Of a stretch of DNA of 64,000 nt, positions 26,255 to 36,945 are shown piece by piece. Each line of letters starts with the position of its first letter. Positions within the stretch are counted from its first letter, which is position 1. Location: assembly GCF_963921235.1 (NCBI RefSeq), contig NC_086108.1, forward strand, positions 3,844,001-3,908,000. Direction: 5' to 3'. The notes under the pieces were generated by a model, which was not told where the DNA came from, did not search any database, and worked only from the letters and a program-made list of their open reading frames with translations. The position numbers and the translations under genes are program-made. Source of the DNA: Mobula hypostoma. Its lineage: Eukaryota.

Positions 26255-26480
26255 TCCTAACGCTTCTGTACCTCCTTCGTGATGGCAGCAGTGAGAAGAG
26301 AGCATGGCCTGTGTGGTGGGGGTTGTTGATAATGGGTGCTGCTTTCTTGTGGATGTACTCAATGTTGAGGAGAGAACTTCATGCGATGGACTGGGCTGTA
26401 CCCAGCACTATTTGTAGGCTTTTCCATTGGTGTTTCCATGCCAGGCTGTGATGCAGCCAGTCACAATATCTCACTATTTC
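26255..26480 (-). mobile_element. Rex1/Babar-type LINE fragment, contiguous with the satellite (parent element body)
   Basis: Minus strand reads degenerate TGCITAWHGNT...KAAPIINNPHHTGHALFSLLPSRRRYRSVRTHTTRFRN, running without a break into the first monomer. Confidence 0.88.
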
Positions 26481-26665
26481 CCGTTTGACTGGGTTCACAT
26501 GCTGGAGCTCCCTCCACATCAGCCCAGTGGGAGCACCTTCACCTGAAGAACGGCAATCATTCAAGAAGGTAAATGATAACCCTCCTTCACGAGGACAATT
26601 CGGAGATGGTTAGATGTTGGTCTCTCCAGTGGTGTGCAGATCCAGAATAAAAATAAGTTAGTTAG

Positions 26666-26942
26666 GGTGATACGGTATCATAGTGGTTAGCCCAACACTT
26701 TACAGTATAGGGGACGTGGGTACAATTCCTACTGCTGCCTGTAAGGAGTTTGTACGTTCTCCCCGTGACTGTGTGGGTTTCCTCCGGGTGCTCTGGTTTC
26801 CTCCCACAGTCCAAAGACGTATTGTGTGGTGGGTTAATTGGTTGGAGGGTAAACTGTCCCGGATTAGGCTAGGATTAAATTGGGGTAGCTGGACGTCTTG
26901 GCTCGAAGGGTTTACTCTGCATTGTGTCTCAGTAAAAAAAAA
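26666..26942 (+). mobile_element. tRNA-derived V-SINE (HE1-like)
   Basis: A-box-like TAGTGGTTAG, B-box-like GGTACAATTCC, V-domain core GTTTGTACGTTCTCCCCGTG..GGGTTTCCTCCGGGTGCTCTGGTTTCCTCCCACAGTCCAAAGAC, A-rich tail. Confidence 0.82.
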
Positions 26943-27389
26943 TTAGAATACGGCAATTGCTCCACAACGTTAGCAGTGAAACTTGAGATTCCTTTATCAC
27001 CAACCGCTTGTTCAGCATCGAACCTAAGAGTTAACCCTTTCAGGACTGCTACACATAAAGGTTCCACATTTAACCATTCACTTCACATTTATCCATCCCA
27101 AATGGGAAGCACCTACATTTCTAAAACACCTAACACAAAGCCCTTAATGACCAGGGACGTACTTTAAGAGTGGAGTCATTGTAAGGAAGGAAACGTGGGC
27201 AGACATGTTTTTTACACAGCAAGATCCCAAAACATGATGGGGATTGGAACTTTGAGGTGGCACTGGCTGAGGGGTATGAACAAAGCACTTCAGAAGGGAT
27301 GGTGAGTAGTGTCTTCAGACTGAAGTCTGTCAACAATTGCGGTAATCTCTCTTCATTGCTGACGGGCGGTCTCCAGCTGTAAGGTTGAC

Positions 27390-27870
27390 AGAGTATAGAG
27401 AAAATTTACAAGGATGTTTCCAGGTCTGGAGGGCCTGAGGTATCAGGAAAGATTGAAAAGATTAGGACTTTATTCCTTGGAACGTAGAAGATTGAGGGGA
27501 GATTTGACAGAGGTATACAAAATTATGAGGGGTACAGATAGGGTAACTGCAAGCAGGCTTTTTCCACTGAGGTCGCTTGGGACTACAATCAGAGATCATG
27601 GGTTAAAGGTGAAAGGTGAAAAGCTTAAGGGGAACATGAGGGGAACTTCTTCACTCAGAGGGTGGTGAGAGTGTGGAACGAGTGCCAGCGCAAGCGATGC
27701 ATGTGAGCTTGACTTCAACATGTAAGAGAAGTTTGGATAGGTACATGGATGGTTGGGGTATGGAGGGCTATGGTCCCAGTGCAGGTCAATGCGAGTAGGC
27801 AGTTTAAATGGTTCAGCACAGACTAGATGGGCCAAAAGGCCTGTTTCTGAACTAACTTTTCTCTGACTCT
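27390..27870 (+). mobile_element. CR1 LINE 3' fragment
   Basis: ORF 27414-27668 (ERLKRLGLYSLERRRLRGDL) matches the CR1 ORF2 C-terminus; 3' UTR GGGCCAAAAGGCCTGTTTCTG. Confidence 0.9.
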
Positions 27871-28519
27871 ACACCAAGGTGCATTTGCCTCAGTGTGATT
27901 ACTGCAGTCTCTGGTTTTAAGGTCCAAGTCCGTCCCGTCTTATAATCCGTCCCCAGTGACATTCAAAGTACATTAGTGCGTTAATCCCGTAATGTAAGAG
28001 CATGTGACCAGCTGGCAGCCTCGATGAATGTGGGCCACTTCCATAATCCGTGAGAGCATTTAATGCATCCTGTTTATAAATATCTCAAGGTTCAGGATGC
28101 TTAAAGGGACAGAGACGTTGTGGAAGAAAGAGCCGCGCAAGTTGGGTGACAAAGCACGAGCTTCGGAGCCCGGGCACGTCGGGGACAGAGGGCCCTGGGT
28201 TCCAAACCCACACCGGGGCAGGCGGGGGTCTAATGCAAATTCTAGACCGACTCCCCTCAGTCGCAACCCTGCAGAGTCAAATGTGCCATCTTAAGGATGA
28301 GACATTAAACCTGAGTAATGTCTCACGGTCACCTCCTTATGCAACGTAGTCACACAGCGCAGAAACAGGCCCTTTGCGCCAGATGAGTCGACAGAGAAGC
28401 AGGCAACGTGGAAATATGTGATCTCACTGTCAGTTCAACTCTCCTCAGTTACAGTCCCAAGGCTTCCTGGTGCCCAGGCAAGTCTCCAGGCCTTTTGCAT
28501 CAAGTTGTTCCTAAAATAA

Positions 28520-28875
28520 GAGAAGATAGCGTCGCAACGCAGCGCGCAGCGGCCACTCCAATGAATGATATCTGTAATCTGTCAAGTAGGGGGCCGTGCA
28601 CAATCCTGATTTGATGGGGACAGCTGTGAGAGCACGGAGGAACATCTGGTGAAACTTCTGAAATGCCCGCCTCGCTGCTGCTGCTACTGTGCGATCCAGA
28701 ATCTCCGGAGAGGAAGGCCCCGAATCCTCGGCTTTGCCTATTGCTTGGCGGCCGGGGTGGGGTCGAAGCACTTGGCAGAGATGGTGCTCAGTGTTGGAGA
28801 GCTGGTCAGAGGCTCGAAATTTTCGGACGGACTCAGAGTCGGCTGTGGTCGGGTGCTGCATCGGCAAGTTTGCTT
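28520..28875 (+). mobile_element. 5' part of a non-coding retroelement family (same family as 40877-41494)
   Basis: Clear similarity to 40877-41220 (GTGCACAATCCTGATTTGATGG, GAGGAACATCTGG..TTCTGAAATGCCCG, GGCAGAGATGGTGCTC). Confidence 0.8.
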
Positions 28876-28878
28876 CGT

Positions 28879-28910
28879 ATGATGAAGGGTCTCGGCCCGA
28901 AACGTCGACT
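28879..28910 (+). ncRNA. Degenerate minimal hammerhead ribozyme of a Penelope-like element
   Basis: ATGATGA-AGGGTCTCGGCCC-GAAAC-GTC-GAC gives core (C>A)UGAUGA, stem II GGG/CCC, GAAA and a GUC cleavage triplet. The 5' strand of stem I is missing. Followed by the PLE repeat GATGCTGCCTGGCCTGCTGCGTTCACCAGCA (to about 29005). Confidence 0.7.
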
Positions 28911-29087
28911 ATACCTTTTCCTAGAGATGCTGCCTGGCCTGCTGCGTTCACCAGCAACTTTGATGCGTGTTGCTTGAAATTCCAGCATCTGCAGATTTCC
29001 TCATGCTTGCAGGGCACACATTATGGGCCAAAGGGACTGTTCCTGATTGTTTGATTTTCTATAATTTCTCTCTGCTAGTGTGGGAGA

Positions 29088-29158
29088 TACAGTACTGTGC
29101 AAAAGTCTTAGGCACGTATATATAGCTAGGGTGTCTCAGACTTTTGCACAGTACTGTA
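29088..29158. mobile_element. Tc1/mariner-derived mini-MITE (about 67-bp palindrome)
   Basis: TA-CAGTACTGTGCAAAAGTCTTAGGCAC...GTGTCTCAGACTTTTGCACAGTACTG-TA: about 26-bp inverted repeats flanked by TA. Confidence 0.8.
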
Positions 29159-29359
29159 GTAATTTTGTGTATTGTGCTGTACTGCTGCCACCCAAAGAAA
29201 CAAATTTCATGTTGTATGTGAGTGATGATAAACCTGATTCTGATATGGGTCTCTATTGTGGACTGAGAGTGAGAAGGGAACAGGGAGAGGGGGATCATGG
29301 TTGGGAGAGGGGAAGGGAGAGGGGAAAGAGCTGGAAGTACCAGAGAGACATTCTGTAAT

Positions 29360-29725
29360 CGGCAAAAGGGATATGTGAGGATCACGGGACAGGAGGCCTA
29401 AGGAGAAGGAAAAGGGGGAGGGGGTAAACCCAGAGGATTGGCAAAGGGTATAGTCAGAGGGACAGAGGGAGAAAAAGGAGAGTGAGAGAAAGAATGTGTG
29501 TATAAAAATAAATAACGGATGGGGTACGAGGCGGAGGTGGGGCATTAGCGGAAGTTACAGAAGTCAATGTTCATGCCATCAGGTTGGAGGCTTCCCAGAC
29601 GGAATATAAGGTTTTGTTCCTCCAACCTGAGTGTGGCTTCATCTTGACAGTAGAGGAGGCCGTGGATAGACATATCAGAATGGGAATGGGACATAGAATT
29701 AAAATGTGTGGCCACTGGGAGATCT
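29360..29725 (-). mobile_element. Penelope-like element fragment (GIY-YIG C-terminus)
   Basis: Minus strand encodes SHSDMSIHGLLYCQDEATLRLEEQNLIFRLGSLQPDGMNIDF, followed by a pyrimidine-rich UTR. Confidence 0.8.
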
Positions 29726-29939
29726 GGGACTTGTAGGACTTGTAAAGTACGGTGATTAACGTAACAGAATCAAAGTGAGGTAAATTACACACAAGAAACC
29801 CACAGCAATTCCCTTGTAATAACACACTTGTAAAGTCTGCAGCGTCGAGTGAGGGATTAATGTTGGCCCAAGAGGACTACAAAAGCCAACATCACTGTTA
29901 AACTTTCTTCCCTCACCTTAAGGCTATTCTCCCTCGTAT

Positions 29940-30520
29940 TTCAGAATCAGAACCAGCATGTAACGTGAAATTTGTTGTTTTTCAGCACCAGTACAGTGCA
30001 ATCCATAATAACCAAATCTGTGAATGACAGTAAATATATGCATTTTAAATAGTTAAATGAAACATTGAGTGCAAAAAAAGCAGTGAGGTACTGTTCTTGG
30101 GTTCAACATTCATTCAGAAATCTGATGGCAGAGGGGAAGAAGCTGTTCCTGAGTCATTGAGTGTGTGTCTTCAGGCTCCTGTACCTCCTCCCTGATGGTA
30201 ACAATGAGAAGAGGGCACGTCCTGGGTGATGGGGGTCCTTAATGACAGACGCTGCCCTTTTGGGGCATCGCTCCTTGAAGATGTCCTGGATACTACGGAA
30301 GTTAATGCCCATGATGGAGCTGACCGAGTTCACAACTCTCTGCAGCTTACTTCAATCCTGTGCAGTAGCCACCACCACCCCCCCACCCCCATACCAGATG
30401 GTGATGCAGCCAGTTAGAATCCTCTCCATGGTACATCTGTAGAAATTTACCAGTGCTTTTGGTGACACACCAAGTCTCCTCAAACTCTGAATGATATAAG
30501 CGGCTGTCGTGCCTTCTTTG
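29940..30520 (-). mobile_element. Rex1/Babar-type LINE 3' fragment (single, non-amplified copy of the satellite source region)
   Basis: ORF 30352-30669 has LRRLGVSPKALVNFYRCTMERILTGCITIWYG (DUF1891-like). Downstream: HPGRALFSLLPSGRRYRSLKTHTQ*LRNSFFPSAIRFLN and a (CTGATT)-type tail. Confidence 0.85.
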
Positions 30521-30864
30521 TAACTCTGCCTCTGACTCTGTCTGCTGACCCCGTCTATACCTCTCATGATTCTATATACTTCTGGCTGGTCTCCCCTCAG
30601 CATCCAGCACTCTGGAGAAACCAATCCAAGTTCGTCCAACTTCAACATCTGAGGGATGCACGGTATCAAGAGGGTATGATACCTTGAAGATCTGATAGAG
30701 GTTTATAAGATTACGAGAGGCATAGATAGCATAGACGGACAGTATCTTTTTAATACCAGAGGGCACGCATTGAAGGTGCTCATTTGAATGATGTTGGCGA
30801 TCGTGGCCTTTCCAGAACCATGGTTGCTCTTGACAAAATTTTCTACAGAAGTGGTACAAAGGTC

Positions 30865-31765
30865 ATCACGATAATGGTTGGTGCATCACTTTACGGCGCC
30901 AACGATAACTGATCGGTGTTCAGTTCCCACTGCTGTTTGTGAGGAGTTTGTAGGTTCTCCCCGTAACTGCGTGGGTTTCCTCCAGGTGCAATGAATGAGG
31001 TGGACCCACGTGCAGGACGCAGGCACTGAGATTTAGTTAGGATGCAGACGTGAACGGCAAACAGGAGGGACAGCAGGAAGGCAGGAGACAGGCAGAATTA
31101 TCTTGACACGGAGCGTAGAAAGGGAAACAGCAGACAAAACTCTTCTTAGCACGGAGAGACGGAGTTACGCAAGCAAACCTCGGTGCTGGTGTAAAACTTT
31201 AGAAGACTTATCTTGACGCGGAGAGGCTGGTTTCACAGGTAAACCTCAGAACTGGAATAGAACTTAGAAAACTGATCTTGACACGGAGAGACTAAGTTTC
31301 ATGGTAATTCTCAGTACTGAAGCAAAACTTAGAACACACAGTCCTAAGCAGCCGGGAAATGTTAATTACCATACAGGCAAAACCAATGATCTGGTGACTA
31401 GTGGTTGTAAAGCCGGGGTTCTTATGCTACAGGTCTTGATGGAAACCAGTTGTGCTGTCATCAAAGAGAATTAGGAGCAAATGGGGAATTAATGTCGGAA
31501 CTCTGGCACAATCAAAGGGAATTAGGAGAAAATAGGGGATTAACGGTTAGGACCGTGACACCTCCAGGTGCTCCGGTTTCCTCCCACAGCCCAAAGATGC
31601 ACTGGGTTAGGGTTAGTAAACTGTGGGCATGCTATGTTGGCACTGGAAGTGTAGTAACACTTTTCGGCTGCCCCAGCACATCCTGGGACTGTATTGGTTG
31701 TTGATGCAAAAACATTTCACTGTACATTTCAATGCCCATGTGACAAATGAAGCTACTCTTTATAA
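30865..31765 (+). mobile_element. V-SINE split by a 571-bp insertion
   Basis: The V-domain stops at 30989 (GGGTTTCCTCCAGGTGC) and resumes at 31561 (CCTCCAGGTGCTCCGGTTTCCTCCCACAG). Confidence 0.8.
30990..31560 (-). mobile_element. LTR-like insertion (probable truncated solo Gypsy LTR) with internal repeats of about 65 bp
   Basis: Ends in TGACA. Starts with GGACCCACGTGCAG, resembling the reverse complement of a Gypsy U5. Contains TCTTGACACGGAG-type repeats and is flanked by duplicated CCTCCAGGTGC. Confidence 0.55.
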
Positions 31766-32074
31766 AAGTAACCTCTCTGTGTCAGGAAATCTAACAAGTC
31801 TCATCTCAATCTAAGGTACTATTTCCAATACCATGTATTATGTATTATTTCCAGTACCTCTGGCTTCCAGTATGGGACGTTATCAAAGGCGTTCCGACAC
31901 TGTGAGCTGCGTTGGTCATCAATGCAAAGGACCCACCTCAGGTATGTTCCAATATTTTGAGTACATGTGATAAATAAAACCAATCTTTAGAATCTTTTGA
32001 TCTGATGGAAGTTAAGGTACTAAGAAGAAACAATGGAAACAATGCAGGAGAGAGAGAGAGAAACTCCATCGTTA

Positions 32075-32530
32075 AATTGACACACAAAATGCTAGGGGAA
32101 CTCAGCAGGTCAGGCAGCATCTATGGAAATGAATAAACAGTTGATGCTTGGAGACTATAAGGAAGGGGAAAGAAGGGAGAATAAAAAAGTGGGGGAGGGG
32201 AAGGTGAAAAGCTGGCAGGTGATAGGTGAGGCCAGGTGAGTGGGAAAGGTAAAAGGTTGGAGAGGAAAGAATGTGATAGGAGAGGAGAGTGGACTACAGG
32301 AGAAAGGGAAGGAGGAGGGGACACAATGATGTGCAGGAGAGAAGGAGTAAGAGGCCAGAGTGGGAAATAGAAGGGGGGGGGGGGGAAAGAGAAGTTTCTT
32401 TTTAACCAGAAGGAGAAATCAATGTTCATGCCATCAGGTTGGAGGCTACCCAGACAGAATATAAGATATTGCTCCGTCACCCTGAGTGTGGCCTCATCTT
32501 GGCAAAAGAGGAGGCTATGGACTGACCTGG
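32075..32530 (-). mobile_element. Penelope-like element fragment
   Basis: ORF 32121-32480 starts EQYLIFCLGSLQPDGMNIDF; PLE terminal motif GATGCTGCCTGACCTGCTGAGTTCCCCTAGCA on the minus strand. Confidence 0.8.
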
Positions 32531-33109
32531 TCTGACCTCCTTAAACTGGTGGCTTCGAAGCCCCTGACTAGATTCAGAGATGAGGTATTAGGTGCGGCCA
32601 ATCAATGAAGGCGTTTCTGCTTCTCTCCAGCTACCTCCTGTCTACTCTCACGTAAATCTGTGAGTGTAACCCTCCACTTCCTCCTCCCCCGTATTGGACG
32701 ACAGGATGTCATTGTGTGAACATTTGAGCCAGAGATTTGAATTCAGATAACTGGATTGTGGTGTCAATCACCCATTGACTCTATTCACGGTGGTAGAAAT
32801 TTAGAACTTCTTTCTTCATTCAACAATACAGTGTCAAAGTCAAGTACATTCATTATCAAAGAAGATATAACTTATACAACCTTGAGATTTGCCTTCCTAC
32901 AGGCAGCCACAAAACAAGAAACCCAAAGAACCCAATATGTGTAGAGAAAGAGGGGAAAAACACACACATCATGCAAACAAATGAAGCAAATGTTCAGTGC
33001 TCTGAATCAGATCGAGTCCTTACTCTGCTCCCTGGAGTAGCCAGAGTAGGTCCAAGCCTCGAACTCAGTTCATCATAATAGCACGGCGAAAACGCCACAA
33101 AACTTGCAG

Positions 33110-34195
33110 AGACAGAAACATAGGAAACCCTACAGCACAATACAGGCCCTTCGGCCCACAATGCTGTGCTAAACATGTACTTACCTTAGAAATTACCTAG
33201 GGTTACCCATAGCCCTCTATTTTTCTAAGCTCCATGTACCCATCCAGGAGTCTCTTAAAAGACCCCATCGTTTCCACCTCCACCGCCGTCGCCGGCAGCC
33301 CATTCCACGCACTCACCACTCTCTGCGTTAAAAACTTACCCCTGACATCTCCTCTGTACCTACTTCCAAGCACCTTAAAGTTGTGTCCTCTCGTGTTAGC
33401 CATTTCAGCCCTGGGAAAAAGCCTCTGACTATCCACAGGATCAATGCCTCTCATCATCTTATACACCTCTATCAAGTCACCTCTCATCCTCCGCCGCTCC
33501 AAGGAGAAAAGGCCGAGTTCACTCGACTTATTCTCATAAGTCATGCTCCCCAATCCGGGCAACATCCTTGTAAATCGCCTCTGCACCCTTTCTGTAGTTT
33601 CCACATCCTTCCTGTAGTGAGGTGACCAGAACTGAACACAGTAGTCCAAGTGGGGTCTGACCAGGCTCCTAGATAGCTGAAAAATTACCTCTTATCTCCT
33701 AAACTCAATCCCACGATTGATGAAGGCCAATGCACCGTATGCTTTCTTAACCACAGAGTCAACCTGCGTAGCAGCTTTGAGTGTCCTATGGACTCGGACC
33801 CCAAGATCCCTCTGATCCTCCACACTGCCAAGCGTCTTACGATTAATATTATATTCTGCCATCATATTTGACCTGCCAAAATGAACCACCTCACACTTAT
33901 CTGGGTTGAACTCCATCTGCCACTTCTCAACCCAGTTTTGCATCCTATCAATGTCCCTCTGTAACCTCCGACAGCCCCCCACACTATCCACAACACCTCC
34001 AACCTTTGTGTCATCAGCAAATTTACTAACCCATCCCTCTACTTCCTCATCCAGGTCATTTGTAAAAATCACAAAGAGTAGGGGTCCCAAACAGATCCCT
34101 GAGGCACACCACTGGTCACCAACCTCCATGCAGAATATGACCCGTCTACAACCACTCTTTGCTTTCTGTGGGCAAGCCAGTTCTGGATCCACAAA
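33110..34195 (-). mobile_element. CR1 LINE 3' part (RT C-terminal half and tail)
   Basis: ORFs 33692-34237 (KFADDTK) and 33203-33649 (YCVQFWSPH..ERVQRRFTRM); tail GAAACATAG. Confidence 0.93.
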
Positions 34196-34960
34196 GCCCT
34201 GAGCTGAACCCCCGAACCTTGAGGACTGGTGGACCACTCAATCTGGCCTTTACCCTTTGACTTGTTTGGCATGGGTGGCCCAAAAGCCAAAGCATAGAGC
34301 CCTGACTCCTGCCACCATACAGTGGCTCTCCGGGTCATTGAGGCACACGAGCCTCTAAACTCTACAACATGGCTGTGGTCTTGTTGGAGGATGTAGACCT
34401 TGTCAAACTGTTAACTTGCCTAGTCCCACCGAGCCCCACCGAGACCATCGCCCTCTGTACCCCTCTTATGTCTTCATCGTGACAGCAGCCTCCCCTCGGT
34501 TTTCACCGTTGTCAGCCATGCAAGCTGCACGATAGTGTAGTGGTCAGCACAACGCTCTACAGTACAGGTGACCCGTGCTCAGTTCCTGCCATTGCCTGTA
34601 AAGAGTTTCTATGTTCTCCCCGTGACCGCGTGGGTTTCGCACGGTACAGGGATGTACCAGTGAGTAGGGTAATTGGTCATTGCAAATTGTATTGTGATTA
34701 GGCTAGGGTTAAAAATCGGGGGATTGCTGGGTAGTGCGGCTTAAAGGACCAGAAGGACTTATTAATAAATAAATAAAAGTCCCGGGTGGAGACTCAGGAA
34801 TACCGTCGCACTCAGGTGTAGAAGGATTCTTCATTGTTGTTTCCATAACAGTTCTGTTTGACCAGTCAGGGTTGTTAGCCCTTAGCTGAACCCCCGAACC
34901 TGGAGGACCAGTGGACCACTCTTAGACTGGCCTCTACCCTTTGACCTGTTTTTCCTGGGT
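34195..34960 (-). mobile_element. RTE-like 5'-region repeat fragments (two pieces; one interrupted by a SINE)
   Basis: 34195-34390 and 34470-34960 align with 45510-45865 (AGTCCCGGGTGGAGACTCAGGAATACC, GGGTTGTTAGCCC). Family assignment is by recall of RTE 5' UTR-like motifs. Confidence 0.6.
34524..34777 (+). mobile_element. V-SINE
   Basis: GTGTAGTGGTCAG A-box-like motif, GTTCTCCCCGTGACCGCGTGGGTTTC core, (TAAA)n tail. Interrupts the RTE-like repeat between ..ATGCAAG and ..AAGTCCCGGG. Confidence 0.75.
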
Positions 34961-35183
34961 GGAAATGGCTAATACAAGCAGTGATTGGAGGAAAGTATAG
35001 GAGGGATGTACCTTCTTTACACAGAGAGTGGTGGGTTCATGGAATTGTGGGGTCCTAGTTTTGAGAATGTCACTTCTCAGTCAGCTCAGCCACCAATATT
35101 CCTTTGGAATTATTATGAATAAACTCTTGTCACCATCTCTACATCTGAGTCTGTCTTTCCTTTGCACTTGGGTTCTGATATTG

Positions 35184-35697
35184 TGTCAGTACCTCCAGTT
35201 GAATTCTGTCTTTTTGTGTGTTTTCCCCCTAGCCGTCAGTCTGTGGTTTTGTATTGCCACATGCTCTTGTTTGTCTTCATGCCCCATGTGCTCCTGTCCC
35301 CACTCCTGCTCTACTCCGGCCCCTGTATGACTGAGTACCCCGCCTCTCACCTGTTTCTCATTATTACCTGTTTTCCTGCCACTTCTGTCTCATTGTGCTC
35401 CACCTATCATCTGCCTCTCTGCCTATCGCTCAGTGTATTTCAGTCCTGTGTTTTCACCCATTTGTTGTCAGATTGTGCTAGTAAATTCTCTTGAGCCTTT
35501 CCAGCATTTGTATCTGTACTTTGTCTGTTGACTCTGCCTGTTTCCTGATTCTGGTTTTTGGAATTCTCTGGATGTTTTGATCTCTGCCTGAACTTTGACA
35601 CTGACTTTGTTTGCACCTCAGGATTTGTTATTGAATTAATATCACTGTGTGCACAGTACTGGGTCTGCAATTGGATCCCTGCTCCAGTATCTGGACA
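35184..35697 (+). repeat. 5' LTR
   Basis: TGTCAGTACCTCC...CTGGACA; direct repeat of 44876-45403. Confidence 0.93.
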
Positions 35698-35709
35698 GTA
35701 CAATCTGGC
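35698..35709 (+). promoter_or_regulatory. Self-priming primer binding site
   Basis: GTACAATCTGGC is complementary to the LTR sequence G(C/T)CAGATTGTGC (35467-35478; 45159-45170). Confidence 0.8.
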
Positions 35710-35713
35710 CAGA

Positions 35714-36669
35714 ATGGATCCAGCAGACCCTGGTCATCTGAGAGCTGTCCTGGAACAACAGGGAGTGATGCTGGGGAGACACCAGAACCAGCTGGACTCC
35801 ATCGTGTTCAGGGCCGTGGAGTCACTCTCTGCCAATGTAGCCGACCTTGTGGCCCAGACTCCGTCACTCCAGCTGTCCCAGAGCGTCCAGCAACATTCTG
35901 CGACTGCATCTTCCACCCTGCCCTCCGCATCCTCACATGCTCCTCCCATCCAAGAGCCCCGTCTGTCTCCTCCAGAAAAGTACTCAGGTCAGCCCAGTAC
36001 TTGCTGCCCTTCTCTTTCCCAGTGCACCCTCATTTTTGAATTGCAACCAACAACATTTCCGACTGAGCCAAGGTGGCCGACGTCATCGCCCAACTCTCCG
36101 GTCGGGTGAGAGAATGGGGAACAGCCGTCTGGGAGGCAAGCTTCCCTTTCTGCAGTAGTTTTCAGTTATTTTCTGAGGAGATGAGAAAAGTGTTTGATCG
36201 CTCCAAACGTGGCAGAGAAGCTGCATGTGAAAATGCTGTACATGCATCAGGGGCGCAGATCCGTGTCAGATTACACCATAGAGTTCCGGATCCTAGCCAC
36301 CTCCAGTGGCTGGAACTCGGAGGCACAGTACGACACCTTGCTGAATGGCCCTCCGACGACATCAATGATGAGCTGGTCACCCAGGACCTTCCTGCTACCT
36401 TTGAAGCCCTGGTGGATTTGGCCATCCGTATTGATGTTCGCCTTCAACAACGCCATGGGGGAGGGTGGTCCAGAGGGTCCCTGGGGGCACTGGGTAAGTT
36501 CCAAGCTCCCCATCAGTCTACATTGCACTGCCGTTTACCCCCACCTACAATTCCTGTTCCAGAGCCCGAGGCTATGAAGGTCGGCTGTACCCACCTGATA
36601 CAGACTGAAAGACAAAGGAGAATCAGCACCCATTCCTGTCTGTACTGTGGCCAACCAGACCACTTCACT
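35714..36669 (+). pseudogene. gag: Gypsy gag (sushi/PEG10-like capsid), frameshifted
   Basis: MDPAD..PPEKYSG..QCTLIF; LSGRVREWG; QGRRSVSDYTIEFR; zinc knuckle CLYCGQPDHF, interrupted by the insertion. Confidence 0.9.
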
Positions 36670-36945
36670 TCAGTCGAAGCAAGTAGCTGAAGAAGTGAGC
36701 GGAAGAATTCGGATCGAAAAAGTCGTTTTTTTTTAAACACTGCTCGGGGAGAAGGGTCTGCACTGCGCAGGCACGTGACGTAGTGCGCCAAGGTTTAAAA
36801 AGCAGACCACCATATACAGCGGCCATCGTCGGAATGGACTGAGTCAGAGCGGGGCGGCTTTGGCTCAAACAGGCTTCGGCGAGAACAGGTAGAGGCCAGG
36901 GTAGGTTCTGGTAAGGTTTTGTTCAGATTGTTTAGTGCAGTGAGA

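Noticed and set aside
26670..26740. tRNA gene
   Set aside because: The A/B-box-like head belongs to a V-SINE; no cloverleaf can be supported.
30540..30780. Short inverted CR1 fragments as a structured RNA
   Set aside because: Highly diverged scraps of an abundant LINE; expected by chance at this density.
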